Below are positions 9,699-20,020 of a stretch of 64,000 nt of DNA, piece after piece. Positions within the stretch are counted from its first letter, which is position 1; every line of letters starts with the position of its first letter. Location: contig JAKFCY010000002.1 in assembly GCA_036676395.1 (NCBI GenBank), forward strand, positions 1,984,001 through 2,048,000, written 5' to 3'. The notes below the pieces were generated by a model. That model was not told where the DNA came from, ran no database searches, and was given only the letters and a program-made list of their open reading frames with translations. Source of the stretch: Bdellovibrio sp. GTDB taxonomy: Bacteria > Bdellovibrionota > Bdellovibrionia > Bdellovibrionales > Bdellovibrionaceae. The position numbers were made by a program, and so were the translations under genes.

Positions 9699-10301
9699 AT
9701 GTCTCGATTGCAGAAAATATTCATTAGTGGTTTGGTTGCGTTTTTACCTATAGCTTTATCGATCTATGTTTTGATGATCGGTGTCTCACTCATCGAAAAT
9801 ATGTTTGGTCAATTTTTGCGACAAGTTTTACCTGCAGGAACATATATTCCGGGTTTTGGTTTTTTAGCGACAATCGCTTTTATTTTATTATTAGGGGTTT
9901 TAGTTGATAACTTTATCACGGCCACTTTTTTTCGCCGCCTGCAAGAAAAGCTGCGCGAAGTTCCGTTAGTTAAAGTTATTTATTCGCCGCTACGCGATTT
10001 AATGAATCTTTTTGCCAAGGGCCAGCAACAACAAACCATGCAAAAAGTGGTGTTGGTGCACTTCACAAAATCACATTCTGTTTTAGGGCTCGTTACGCGC
10101 GAATCTTTTAAAGATTTAGATATAAAGTTATCGATAGCCGCTGATAGAATTGCTGTGTATATCCCCATGAGTTACGGCCTTGGCGGTTACACTGTTTTAG
10201 TGAATAAAGCTGATGTTGAAGCTGTTGATATGCCCATTGAAAAAGCGATGAGTTTAGCCTTAACCGGCTGGATTAAAACGGATCCTGACCCACAAAAATA
10301 G
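9699..10301 (+). CDS. DUF502 family membrane protein
   Basis: F..GL...LP, two TM helices, PLVKVIYS, VYIPMSY...G, EKAM..ALTG. Confidence 0.85.
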   Translation: MSRLQKIFISGLVAFLPIALSIYVLMIGVSLIENMFGQFLRQVLPAGTYIPGFGFLATIAFILLLGVLVDNFITATFFRRLQEKLREVPLVKVIYSPLRDLMNLFAKGQQQQTMQKVVLVHFTKSHSVLGLVTRESFKDLDIKLSIAADRIAVYIPMSYGLGGYTVLVNKADVEAVDMPIEKAMSLALTGWIKTDPDPQK

Positions 10302-10324
10302 GCCAAAAAAAAGCAGGAGGCCAT

Positions 10325-11725
10325 TTGAGCACACCAAGAACCCAATCCATTTCTGAAAAAGCTTTAGATATTAATTTAGATCCGCAACGTTATGGATCAT
10401 TTGCCGAAATTGGTGCCGGTCAAGAAGTGGCCCGTCAGTTTTTTCAAGCCGGCAAAGCATCGCAAACGATTGCTCTTACAATCTCAGCCTATGATATGAC
10501 GTTCAGTGATATCATTTACGGTAAAGAAAAATCTGGCCGCTATGTTTGTGAATCACGAGTGCACAAAATGTTAGACCGCGAATATGAAAAATTAGTTGAA
10601 CGCTTAGGATCAACGCGCGGTAAAAACACGGCCTTTTTTTCATTTGCAGACACTGTAGCCACAGGCTCTGAAGGCAAAAAGAATTCACACGGCTGGATGG
10701 GTGTAAAGTTTCAACATAAACCCGGAGTTGCGCCTTCTGAAGTTATTTTGCATATGCGCTTACTTGACCGTCATCGTTTGCAACAGCAAGAAACCTTAAG
10801 CATGTTAGGGGTAAACCTGCTGCATTCTGCGTTTTATAAAACGGCTAACCCGCATGAATTTATTGAAAGCCTATTTGATAAAATTAAATCAGGTTCTATC
10901 GCGGTTGATGCCATTCATTTTACCGGCGAGGCCTTTAAAAAATTTGATGAATTAGCCCTTAATTTAACGATGGTTGAACTGGGTTGGTCTGAGGCGATCT
11001 TTATCAATGCCGAAGGCAAAGTGCAAAATGCCAGTGACGCCCTATTTGGTAAAGATATTTTAGTTCAGCGTGCGTTTTATAATCCGGTCACAAATACCCA
11101 TTTAGATGTTATGGATAAAGGCACAAAACACTTTAGTAAAGAGTACGGCACTCGCACCAGTGATGTCGTAAATCTATTTGAATTTACTCTCAATAATCGT
11201 TTAAAAAACACTCAGATTTCAGTCACTGAAGCCTTAAAAAAAGTAAAGATGATTTCTTCACTGAAAAAGCCCGTGCTCGTCAGCAATTTTACTTTGTTCT
11301 ACAAATTAAAAGAACATCTGCGTGGCATGTCTGATAAGCCCTTAGGAATCGTGATCGGCGCTACCCACCTAGAAAAACTGTTTGATGAAAAGTTTTATTT
11401 TGATTTACCGGGTGGCATTTTAGAAGGCATGGGTAAACTTGTAGATAGCAAAACTCACTTATACATTTACCCCCATAAAACAGAGCTTATGTGCTTACAG
11501 GTCAGAAGCTTTCGCCCCAAACCTGCGATCAAGCATATTTATTCTCACCTTTTAGAGAACCAGTTAATTCAAGATATCGCCGGCTGTGATGAGATTCAGG
11601 AATTCGTGCATTCAGATGACATCTTAAATCTGGTAAAGAAAAAAGATAACCGCTGGAAAAAACTTGTTCCCGAATCAGTGCAATCGATCTGGATCGAACA
11701 GGTTAAAACCGAAGCCCGCAAATAA
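10325..11725 (+). CDS. Conserved protein with a nucleotidyltransferase-like C-terminal region
   Basis: KALDINLD..RYGSFAEIGAGQEVAR family motif; FYNPVTNTH resembles a HIGH-type motif; TTG start with AGGAGG upstream. Confidence 0.6.
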   Translation: MSTPRTQSISEKALDINLDPQRYGSFAEIGAGQEVARQFFQAGKASQTIALTISAYDMTFSDIIYGKEKSGRYVCESRVHKMLDREYEKLVERLGSTRGKNTAFFSFADTVATGSEGKKNSHGWMGVKFQHKPGVAPSEVILHMRLLDRHRLQQQETLSMLGVNLLHSAFYKTANPHEFIESLFDKIKSGSIAVDAIHFTGEAFKKFDELALNLTMVELGWSEAIFINAEGKVQNASDALFGKDILVQRAFYNPVTNTHLDVMDKGTKHFSKEYGTRTSDVVNLFEFTLNNRLKNTQISVTEALKKVKMISSLKKPVLVSNFTLFYKLKEHLRGMSDKPLGIVIGATHLEKLFDEKFYFDLPGGILEGMGKLVDSKTHLYIYPHKTELMCLQVRSFRPKPAIKHIYSHLLENQLIQDIAGCDEIQEFVHSDDILNLVKKKDNRWKKLVPESVQSIWIEQVKTEARK

Positions 11726-11793
11726 ACCTTTAGCCTAAGACACGGCCTAGTCCAGTTCAAACTTTACCCATTATTCGATAAACTAGTAGGCGT

Positions 11794-12516
11794 ATGAAAC
11801 ATATCTACGCCTTTTTTATTTTCGTTGTTATCGCTTCAACAACTTTTGCAGCCAGTGACTGGAAAAACCCGGCGATCGAACTAAGTGGTGATCCCGAGCT
11901 TCGAGCTCAGGGCGTAAAAGAATTAAAAGAAATTAAAAACTTATCTGAACAACTCAGCCAGAGTTTTAAAAAAGACCGCGCTTTAGTTTTGCAGGTTATT
12001 CGCGAACTTGAGCTGCGTGATTTTTTACCCCGTCTGTTTGAAATGATCACTCATTTAAATGGCCGCGATCTTTCATATGATATTGTGCAAACGGCAACCT
12101 ATCTGTCTCATGAAAAAAATAAACCTGAACTGACGAAGCTTTACAGCGGCAAGTTAGAAACAGCAAAACTTACAGATACTACAACATTAGCATTACTTCT
12201 GGGTTTACAAAAATTTGACTACCCGATCGAAGAAAAAAAATTAATCAGCTATCTAGAACATTCATCGTATGAAGTTCGCATCGCTGCCGTTGAAATGGCT
12301 CAAGCTCTTGATAAAGATAAAAAATCTTACGCTAAGGTCTTTCAGAAAGCGATCGCGACTTCACCTTACCAGGTCAGAATGGTGGCCTACAGCGAATTTC
12401 TGACTAACACCGACTTAAAAAAATCTCATCAAGCAGATCTTAACAAAGCCTGCAACCAAGAAAAAAACGACGAAGCCAAAGAGCTTTGCCAAAAACTAAA
12501 TGGCGGTAAAAAATAA
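11794..12516 (+). CDS. Secreted HEAT-repeat-like helical protein
   Basis: Signal peptide; L.H.SYEVRIAA and SPYQVRMVA HEAT-like motifs. Confidence 0.6.
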   Translation: MKHIYAFFIFVVIASTTFAASDWKNPAIELSGDPELRAQGVKELKEIKNLSEQLSQSFKKDRALVLQVIRELELRDFLPRLFEMITHLNGRDLSYDIVQTATYLSHEKNKPELTKLYSGKLETAKLTDTTTLALLLGLQKFDYPIEEKKLISYLEHSSYEVRIAAVEMAQALDKDKKSYAKVFQKAIATSPYQVRMVAYSEFLTNTDLKKSHQADLNKACNQEKNDEAKELCQKLNGGKK

Positions 12517-13526
12517 TGCGCTATTCAGTTTTATTATTTACTTTACTATTTTCGCTCCCAGCTTTTTCACAAGCTGATAAGGCCTGTCACGAATCTTATG
12601 ATAAAATGTATGCCGACGGAGAATTAACGCTGAGTTTATTTTTAGGCTACTCAGACAATGAAGATTACGTCGATGACGTTATCTCGAAAGCCAACTATGT
12701 TGAAACCATCACCACAAATTGCGATGAAGAAACTCTGGTAACAGAACTTTGTGGATTTAAGCGCGATCCGGATGACGCTGACATCTTCACAAAAACTATT
12801 ACGCGCGCTAACGGTAAAACCGATAATATTAAATTAAGAATAACAAGTTCTGCGGTCACTTCAAGTAACCATGTAAATACAGGCACGAATAAAAACAGCC
12901 AATATAAAAAATCAGCGCAAACCGAAGCTAAGTTTTTAAAAGCCCTGCAAACTGATGATGTCGTCATTTACAACGGCCATGCGCGCAGAGGCACCGGCCC
13001 AGGCTTCAGACCCATGGGCAATGCCGACTGGGTAAAAGCTGTTGCTCTGAAGTCATCTTTGCAAAAAATGGTTCACGCCTTAAAAACCGCTAAAAAAACT
13101 CCTGCAATTATCGGCATGATTACTTGCGAAGGTGAATCTCACTACGGCAAGGCCCTGCAAGACGCAGCACCTAATTCGGGTTTACTACTAACTCGTCAAA
13201 CGACTTCGTTTTCTGATTCAGATATCATCGTGCAAAATTCAATCGAAAACATTCTACAAAAAAAATGTGCACCAGCGTTCAGAAAGAGTATTCAGAATTC
13301 AGTTAGAGATATTTACAATTCTCCGCTTGATGGAACTGATAATTACAAAGACAAGCTTCCCGAAATTTATAATTTCTTTGAAGTGAATAAGAAAAAGTTT
13401 CTACCGCCGCGCGGGGCGATTTTGACTTTGATTAATGGCCAATACGAAGAGCTCTCTGACCGCGATCGTGAAGCGGCCAAAGAACGCAGCAGAACTAAAC
13501 CGGCGCAAACTGATAATCCAAGATAA
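12516..13526 (+). CDS. Secreted hypothetical protein, possible clan CD cysteine-peptidase fold
   Basis: Signal peptide; DVVIYNGHAR and IIGMITCEG (His/Cys dyad pattern); 1-nt overlap with the upstream gene. Confidence 0.5.
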   Translation: MRYSVLLFTLLFSLPAFSQADKACHESYDKMYADGELTLSLFLGYSDNEDYVDDVISKANYVETITTNCDEETLVTELCGFKRDPDDADIFTKTITRANGKTDNIKLRITSSAVTSSNHVNTGTNKNSQYKKSAQTEAKFLKALQTDDVVIYNGHARRGTGPGFRPMGNADWVKAVALKSSLQKMVHALKTAKKTPAIIGMITCEGESHYGKALQDAAPNSGLLLTRQTTSFSDSDIIVQNSIENILQKKCAPAFRKSIQNSVRDIYNSPLDGTDNYKDKLPEIYNFFEVNKKKFLPPRGAILTLINGQYEELSDRDREAAKERSRTKPAQTDNPR

Positions 13527-13559
13527 AAAGATCGGCCGGCAGGCCGACCAATCAACCAG

Positions 13560-15092
13560 CTACTTAACTGAATCAAGCCATTCGATAACCGATTGTACCG
13601 GTTGCCCTGTGGCAGAACCGGCACTGAGTGCGCCCGTTGATTTATCTGTCCAGCAGTACACATCTAAATGCGCCCATTTTTTACCGTTTGCAAATTTTTG
13701 CAAGAACAACGCCGCCGTGATGGCACCGCCGAAGCCGCCGCCTGAATTTTTAAAATCTGCAAATTGTGAATTTAAATCGCTAAAATATTTTTGAATTAAT
13801 GGCATTCTCCAGCTTGGCTCTCCTGAACGCTGCCCAGCGGCTACGATTTGATTGGCTAATTTATCATCGTTTGAAAATAAACCTGCCGTATCGCCGCCTA
13901 AAGCCACTTTGATGGCTCCGGTTAAAGTTGCAATATCAATTAAGTACTCAGGTTCATCGCTACCGGTTTTTTTAGCGGCAACATCCATCACATCAGCAAG
14001 CACAAGTCGACCTTCAGCATCGGTGTTATCAATTTCAACTAGAAAGCCTGCGCGAGACTTATAAACATCACCCGGACGCATTGAAAAACCATCTACTGAA
14101 TTTTCGGCCAACGCTAAATAAAAATCACAAGGTCTGTCATAACCCGTACTATCAGCCCAAAAAGCTAATGCAAATACCGAGGCGGCACCGCCCATGTCTT
14201 TTTTCATTAAGCGCATCGCAGCCGATGGTTTAATATCAAGTCCACCAGTATCAAAAGTAATGCCTTTACCGACAAAAGCGATTGGTTTTTTATTTTTGGC
14301 TTTAGTTTTTGGGCGATATTTAAAATGAAGCATTCTTGGAGCCGTTGCAGAACCTGCCCCCGTAGCTAAAAGTAAACCCATGCCTTCGGCTTCACATTTT
14401 TTTTCATCCCAGACAATGATTTCAGTGTTTTTAGAAAATGGTAAATCATAAGCTAATTGTTCAACTGTTGCAGGGTTTACAATATTTGGTGGTAAATTTG
14501 TTAAATGCCTTGCGATTTGCACAGCTGATACTTTACCTAACGCTGCCGTTAAATTTTCAGCTTTAATATTTAATTGAACTTTTAATGGCTCTGCTTTGAC
14601 GGCATTAATTTTTAAGTGATTAATAAAGATGTAGCTTGCAAGCTCCATCCCGACAACAGCCCCTTCAGTCACTTCAGGAGTTGCGCTTTGAAAATAGATC
14701 GAAACACTTTTTAATTTTAAAGCACGCACTTGAGTTATAACTGTGCCGAATTGATCACGCGCAAATGCATAACCTGATTCATTTAAAATTCCGCCGTGAT
14801 CTGTCGCCGTTGTTGTTGATTCAAATAAGATCCACACTGGACCATTGCGCCCGATAAAGTGAATATTTTTTTTGTCTGATTTTTTTAATTCTTCAATTTG
14901 AAAATCAAGCGCATGCGTTTCAACTAGGGCTTCAAGATTTTTCTGCTTGTTTTTTGCTTCTTTTGCGCCGAAAAAATAAATGATCGCATCACACTCAGAT
15001 AATTTGTTGAAATTAGCGACTGGACTATAGTTGATAAGCGGAGTTAGTAGAGCGCTAAACGAGTTTTTGGTTTTTGTGACGGTTTTTTTCAT
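13560..15092 (-). CDS. M17 leucyl aminopeptidase
   Basis: VGKGITFDTGG, MKKDMGG, NTDAEGRL, DIATLTGA; ATG 15092 preceded by GGAGA. Confidence 0.95.
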   Translation of the reverse strand: MKKTVTKTKNSFSALLTPLINYSPVANFNKLSECDAIIYFFGAKEAKNKQKNLEALVETHALDFQIEELKKSDKKNIHFIGRNGPVWILFESTTTATDHGGILNESGYAFARDQFGTVITQVRALKLKSVSIYFQSATPEVTEGAVVGMELASYIFINHLKINAVKAEPLKVQLNIKAENLTAALGKVSAVQIARHLTNLPPNIVNPATVEQLAYDLPFSKNTEIIVWDEKKCEAEGMGLLLATGAGSATAPRMLHFKYRPKTKAKNKKPIAFVGKGITFDTGGLDIKPSAAMRLMKKDMGGAASVFALAFWADSTGYDRPCDFYLALAENSVDGFSMRPGDVYKSRAGFLVEIDNTDAEGRLVLADVMDVAAKKTGSDEPEYLIDIATLTGAIKVALGGDTAGLFSNDDKLANQIVAAGQRSGEPSWRMPLIQKYFSDLNSQFADFKNSGGGFGGAITAALFLQKFANGKKWAHLDVYCWTDKSTGALSAGSATGQPVQSVIEWLDSVK

Positions 15093-15147
15093 ATATTTCT
15101 CCAATACAACTACACTTTACTCACTCGTCTGTTAAAATCAATACGAG

Positions 15148-16158
15148 ATGCTTAATTCTGTGAACCTAAAATTCTGCCTGTACAACGTTGAAAACCTGTT
15201 TTTGCTCTTTGATCAGCCTGTGCCTAAGAACTTCGAAAAGATGGAAGAAGTCCAATGGCAAAAGCTTTCGACTTCGATTTACGAGAACAAGCCGCTTTTT
15301 AAATTGCAGCACCTTGCTCGCACGATTCGCGACGCAAATGCTGACATCGTTATGCTTTGCGAAGTGGGCGGCATTGAATCTTTGAAGAATTTTAACACGC
15401 TCTTCTTAAATAGCGAGTATTCTCCGATTCTGATCGAAGGCAACTCAGACCGCAATATTGATGTAGGTTACTTGATTCGTAAAAATCAGAGCTTTTATTT
15501 TGATCTTTTAACGCACAAAAACCGCGATCTTAATTTTTTATATCCTCACGAAATTCAATCTAAAGAGAAAAACTATCCCGTTAAGGTGATCAGTCATAAA
15601 CTTTCTAGAGATTGCGCTGAGCTTCGTTTATTCTCCCGCGAAATTGAAAAGCCATTTTTGATTGTTTTACTGACACATTTAAAGTCACCGTTAGACCCTG
15701 AACGCATTGATCCAAACGGAACAGAGCGACGCAGCGCTGAGCTAAAAACCTGCTTAGAAATCTACACCGAGCTTGCAAAACAGTTCAGCGACTGCCCTAT
15801 TATTTTTGCCGGCGACTTCAATGGCCAAGCTAGTAGTGCGAATACAGATCGCGAATTTGTGCCTCTGCATCAGACAACGACGCTTAAAGATATTTTTGAG
15901 CTGGCGAATGTAAATAGCGACAATCGCTACACTTTTTATCAAGTTCGCTCTGGCTTACGCTCTGACGGCAGACAGATCGATTACTGCTTTATTGATGAGA
16001 AATTCAAACATCACCTGAACCTGGCAAGCGTTGCGGTGTGTGATTATAAAGATGAATTCGGAAGCTCAATTAAAAAGCCAGAAACATTAGAGCAAAAAAT
16101 GGCCTTGCCGTCAGATCATTACCCCATCGTATTTACTCTTGATAACATAAAAATTTAG
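15148..16158 (+). CDS. Endonuclease/exonuclease/phosphatase family protein
   Basis: YNVENLF, MLCEV, THLKS, AGDFN, IDY, PSDHYP. Confidence 0.9.
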   Translation: MLNSVNLKFCLYNVENLFLLFDQPVPKNFEKMEEVQWQKLSTSIYENKPLFKLQHLARTIRDANADIVMLCEVGGIESLKNFNTLFLNSEYSPILIEGNSDRNIDVGYLIRKNQSFYFDLLTHKNRDLNFLYPHEIQSKEKNYPVKVISHKLSRDCAELRLFSREIEKPFLIVLLTHLKSPLDPERIDPNGTERRSAELKTCLEIYTELAKQFSDCPIIFAGDFNGQASSANTDREFVPLHQTTTLKDIFELANVNSDNRYTFYQVRSGLRSDGRQIDYCFIDEKFKHHLNLASVAVCDYKDEFGSSIKKPETLEQKMALPSDHYPIVFTLDNIKI

Positions 16159-16173
16159 TGTCAGCATATTTTT

Positions 16174-16566
16174 ATGAGTTTGAAGAAGATACCGTTACAT
16201 GCGAATTTTCAAGTGAGCGCTTTAAGCGTTTACGTAGCAAACGAATCTCAGCCTGATAAACGCATTCATCTTTTTGCCTACAAGGTCACAATCAAAAACA
16301 CCGGAACATCACCGGCGCAGTTAGTTTCGCGTCAGTGGACGATCACTGATGGCTTAGGCCATTCAGAAGAAGTTCGCGGACCAGGTGTTGTTGGACTTCA
16401 ACCTCGTATCATGCCAAACCAAGTTTTCGAATACGAAAGCGCATGCCCTCTGTCTACAAGTTCAGGCAGCATGAAAGGCACTTATCAGTTCATGTCTGAT
16501 GAGGGTGAGCCTTTTAACGTAGAGATTCCTGAATTCTACCTGATCGCGCCGCAGGCCGTACACTAA
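16174..16566 (+). CDS. apaG: ApaG (DUF525) protein
   Basis: FAY.VTI.N, QLVSR.W.ITD, EVRGPGVVGLQP, GSMKGTY. Confidence 0.95.
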   Translation: MSLKKIPLHANFQVSALSVYVANESQPDKRIHLFAYKVTIKNTGTSPAQLVSRQWTITDGLGHSEEVRGPGVVGLQPRIMPNQVFEYESACPLSTSSGSMKGTYQFMSDEGEPFNVEIPEFYLIAPQAVH

Positions 16567-16585
16567 TCCCTCCGCAAGCAGTTCG

Positions 16586-16945
16586 TTAATCCAAACTGTT
16601 ACGCAACCCCATTAATGCCAAGTTGCGTTTTAAGACAGACTTCCCACATGCGCCTACCAATAAATGAAATCTTCGTCTTTCTTTAATAGTTAAATTAAAT
16701 TCGCGTGTTATTTTTTCGGCTTTTGCCCGCGACAACCCGCGCTGGTTTTGCAACACCTGACTCAAATGAACATAGTTCATTCCAATATCAAATGCGAACT
16801 TTCGAATGGAATAATTGAGATCTTTGTATCGTCGTAATCGATATTCTTGCAAGATCACTTCAATCACCTTTTGACGCAGTTCTGGTTTAAATTCCTTTAG
16901 TTTAGCTATTTCTCTTCTTCGCTTCATCAATTCTCCCGAAAGCAA
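16586..16945 (-). CDS. Short HTH protein resembling the N-terminal domain of TIGR02147-family proteins
   Basis: YSIRKFAFDIGM...HLSQVL...RGLS..KAEKI pattern; start codon uncertain. Confidence 0.55.
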   Translation of the reverse strand: MLSGELMKRRREIAKLKEFKPELRQKVIEVILQEYRLRRYKDLNYSIRKFAFDIGMNYVHLSQVLQNQRGLSRAKAEKITREFNLTIKERRRFHLLVGACGKSVLKRNLALMGLRNSLD

Positions 16946-17019
16946 ATCTGCGACCTTTCCTAAATGGATTTAAATGCTTAACAAAATCGAATATCGGAAA
17001 ACATTAATTAAAGAGGCTT

Positions 17020-17075
17020 TTTCTATGCTCTGTAGTTTAGCAAGCACTTGTTAGCTAAACTACAGAGCATAGAAA
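17020..17075. repeat. Perfect 22-bp inverted repeat with a 12-nt loop
   Basis: TTTCTATGCTCTGTAGTTTAGC (17020-17041) and its exact reverse complement (17054-17075). Confidence 0.95.
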
Positions 17076-17108
17076 TAAGGTAAAAGCTGCGATTTTGACG
17101 TTTAACAA

Positions 17109-17687
17109 TTATGAGCGTGATTTAGCGAAGTTTACGATTTCGTTGGCTGTTTTCAGCATGAGCTCGAAGTCCATTTTTGGCTGATCTGCCAAACCTTGCT
17201 CTGGCAAGAACGGCACATGTACAAAGATGGATTGAATTAATGGGTTATTCTTTAAGACTTTGAAGTACAGATTGTTACAAACAAAAGCGCCGGCAGAAAA
17301 TGAGATTTCAGCTCTTAAGCGGCGATCGGCTAAAAATGCGGCTAAGTCATCGACTTGAAAAGTTGACATGAGCGCAAGCTCGCCGTCAGCGATGCGGCCT
17401 GTTTGGGGAACAAATTTTGATTCGTCGGCTGACTTTGTTTGATTCCAGTTGAGTGCGATTTTCTCTAAACACACATTCGGACGGCCACCCGCTTGGCCGA
17501 ACATGATCACGAATTTTGGCAGATGCATTTCGATTTGTTTTTGTAATTCTACATAGGCGCGATCGAACTCTACAGGCAAAACTACTGACTTTAAGTCTTG
17601 ATGGTTTACTTTAAGTTTTTCTACCAAGAGCTCGCTGGGGTTAGTTTTTTCATTTAAGAATGGCTTAAACCCTGAAACTAAGATCAT
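17109..17687 (-). CDS. pcp: Pyroglutamyl-peptidase I
   Basis: ILVSGFKPF..NPS, GQAGGR..LEKIALN, SAGAFVCN, FVHVP; ATG 17687 overlaps the pdxH TGA. Confidence 0.9.
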   Translation of the reverse strand: MILVSGFKPFLNEKTNPSELLVEKLKVNHQDLKSVVLPVEFDRAYVELQKQIEMHLPKFVIMFGQAGGRPNVCLEKIALNWNQTKSADESKFVPQTGRIADGELALMSTFQVDDLAAFLADRRLRAEISFSAGAFVCNNLYFKVLKNNPLIQSIFVHVPFLPEQGLADQPKMDFELMLKTANEIVNFAKSRS

Positions 17688-18304
17688 GGAAACCTTAGTG
17701 ATGTTTTCCATTGATAGTCAGTAAGGGCCGTTACTTTATCTAAGGCATTTGTCGCCGTATATACGTAGCGTTCATGCAGCCTGCCGTTACGGCCAAACCA
17801 GAATTCGATCTCGCGTGGCAAGATGCGATAGCCACCCCAATGCGGAGGGCGCGGAACTTTTTGGCCTTCGTATTTTTTTTCAACTTCAGCCATACGTTGA
17901 TGAAACTGATCAAAACTTTGCAGCTCAGAAGATTGCAATGAGGCCCAGGCCCCTAACTGATTTAAACGAGCTCGAGTTGCAAAATATTGATCAGATTCAC
18001 TGTCTGTTAACTTTTGGGCTATGCCCGAGATACGCACTTGTTCATCGACATGTGGCCAGTAGAAGTTAGCGCAAATATTTGGGTTAAGATCTAGATCATG
18101 GCCTTTGCGGCCACTGTAATTGGTGTAAAAAGAAAACCCTCCGCGAATCAGACCTTTAAAGTACACGATTCGAACAGAGGGTTCATTTTTTTCGTTCACC
18201 GTCGCGATAGACATCGTCTGGTGCTCGGGGATTCCTTTGATCTGAGCTGCCTTTAATAGGCTTTGAAAATTCAAAAAAGGATCTTTCTTAAAATCAAAGC
18301 TCAT
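17684..18304 (-). CDS. pdxH: Pyridoxamine 5'-phosphate oxidase
   Basis: PSVRIV, FYTNYSGRKG, GAWASLQS, PRPPHWGGY, EFW...GRLHER. Confidence 0.95.
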   Translation of the reverse strand: MSFDFKKDPFLNFQSLLKAAQIKGIPEHQTMSIATVNEKNEPSVRIVYFKGLIRGGFSFYTNYSGRKGHDLDLNPNICANFYWPHVDEQVRISGIAQKLTDSESDQYFATRARLNQLGAWASLQSSELQSFDQFHQRMAEVEKKYEGQKVPRPPHWGGYRILPREIEFWFGRNGRLHERYVYTATNALDKVTALTDYQWKTSLRFP

Positions 18305-18335
18305 ATGGGCAACCCTTTCAAAGAAAAAAGTATAA

Positions 18336-19046
18336 CTACTTTTTACCTTTTTTTGCTGGAGCAGCTGGAGCCGCGCCGGCTTTAACGATATCTAATAATT
18401 CAACTTCGAATACTAAAGCTGAATTTGGTGGAATACCTGGGCGACCAGATGCACCGTAGGCTAATTCAGCAGGGATGAAAAGTTTGTACTTAGAACCAAC
18501 TTTCATCATTTGTAATGCTTCAGTCCAACCTGGGATAACACCGCCAACTGGAAATTCAGCTGGTTGACCACGATCGTATGAAGAATCAAATTGTTCGCCA
18601 GTAGTTAATGTACCTTTGTAGTGACATTTAACAGTGTCGTTTTTAGTAGGAGTTGGGCCAGTACCTTCAGATACAACGATGTATTGTAATCCAGAAGCAG
18701 TTACTTTAACGCCTTCAGCAGTTTTATTTTTTTCTAAAAACTCTGCTGATTTACCTTTATTTTTATCGGCTTCTTCAGTTTGTTTTTTCATCGCCATTTC
18801 TTGTAACTTCATCATAGCTTTTTGGATTTCATCTTCTTTTAATTCAGATTTTCCAGCCATAGCGTCTGTTAAAGAAGCTGCTAAAGTTTTTGCATCGATT
18901 TCGATGTTTTGAGCTTTTAAATTACGGCCGATTTGCTGACCGATTGCATAGCTCGCCTGACCTTTGTCAGATTTAAGATCTGGCTTGTTACAGCCAACAA
19001 GTCCGATAACTGCCAATGTAGCAGTTACTAACATGATTTTGTTCAT
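18336..19046 (-). CDS. fkpA: FKBP-type peptidyl-prolyl isomerase (FkpA/Mip-like lipoprotein)
   Basis: LVGC lipobox, SYAIG, TASGLQY, FDSSYDRG, VIPGWTEAL, LAYG. Confidence 0.9.
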   Translation of the reverse strand: MNKIMLVTATLAVIGLVGCNKPDLKSDKGQASYAIGQQIGRNLKAQNIEIDAKTLAASLTDAMAGKSELKEDEIQKAMMKLQEMAMKKQTEEADKNKGKSAEFLEKNKTAEGVKVTASGLQYIVVSEGTGPTPTKNDTVKCHYKGTLTTGEQFDSSYDRGQPAEFPVGGVIPGWTEALQMMKVGSKYKLFIPAELAYGASGRPGIPPNSALVFEVELLDIVKAGAAPAAPAKKGKK

Positions 19047-19147
19047 GGTGTGTTCTCCTGTGTGTTTCGTTTTCGTTTACGTTTTTTATAATTTACGTTT
19101 ACACTAAAAAGCATGATCGAAATCCTAAACATTTTCAATCACATAAC

Positions 19148-20020
19148 ATGCTGCACATAAGTCTTTATTTTTTAGCCTTGGTTTCACTCTCGACGTCACC
19201 AAATTGGGCAAAACTTAATCAAATGTCGGCGGCGACCTTAGGTTTTTACCGGTTAGCGGGAGCTGCGCTGCTGCTGTTGGTCTATTTATTACTGACAAAG
19301 AAGCTTAAAAAAATCAAATTTGACCAAAATTTTGTCTGGGCGCTGGCTTCAGGTTTTTTCTTTTTTTTACATCTGTGGACTTACAAATTCGCCTCTAAAA
19401 ACACTCTTGTATCGAACACCATGATTTTGTTTGCGACAAATCCCGTCTGGGCCACGTTAGGCGGACAACTGTTCTTTAAAGAAAACATCAAACCCCGAGT
19501 GATTTTTTCTTATATGCTGGCCCTGATCGGCGTTTTTATGCTGGTTGCACAGAATCTGCAACTGACACCTGAAAATCATTTAGGTAATGTCTCGGCGTTA
19601 GTGTCTGCATTTTTCTATGCGCTTTATATGTTATCTAGCAAAAAAGCCCGGGCGCACATGGAAAACTTCGATTTTTCATTAGTTCTGTACTCGACGTGCG
19701 CGTCGATGTTTGTAATTGCGGTTCTTTCAACCGATTCGCCAATGACAGGCTTTGATGCGATCTCTTGGTGGTCAGTGTTAGGGTTAATTATACTACCAAC
19801 ATTTCTGGGCCATATGAGTTTTACTTATCTGGTTAAACATATGAATCTAAGCTTAATGAGCTGCGGAAAACTGATCGAACCTATCATTGCGACCATTTTT
19901 GCTTATTTCTTATTTAACGAACATCTTGGCAGCAATGCTATTTACGCCTTTATTTTGACAGGTATTTCTGTACTTATTTTATTCTGGCCAAGCCTAAATA
20001 AACGCACAAATATCTCTTAA
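19148..20020 (+). CDS. DMT/EamA family transporter
   Basis: About 10 TM segments in two EamA repeats, LIEPIIA...LFNE. Confidence 0.85.
   Translation: MLHISLYFLALVSLSTSPNWAKLNQMSAATLGFYRLAGAALLLLVYLLLTKKLKKIKFDQNFVWALASGFFFFLHLWTYKFASKNTLVSNTMILFATNPVWATLGGQLFFKENIKPRVIFSYMLALIGVFMLVAQNLQLTPENHLGNVSALVSAFFYALYMLSSKKARAHMENFDFSLVLYSTCASMFVIAVLSTDSPMTGFDAISWWSVLGLIILPTFLGHMSFTYLVKHMNLSLMSCGKLIEPIIATIFAYFLFNEHLGSNAIYAFILTGISVLILFWPSLNKRTNIS

Noticed and set aside
11757..11781. Sigma-28 promoter upstream of the HEAT-repeat gene
   Set aside because: TTCGATAA resembles the -10, but the spacing to TCAA is 13 nt rather than 15; too weak to call
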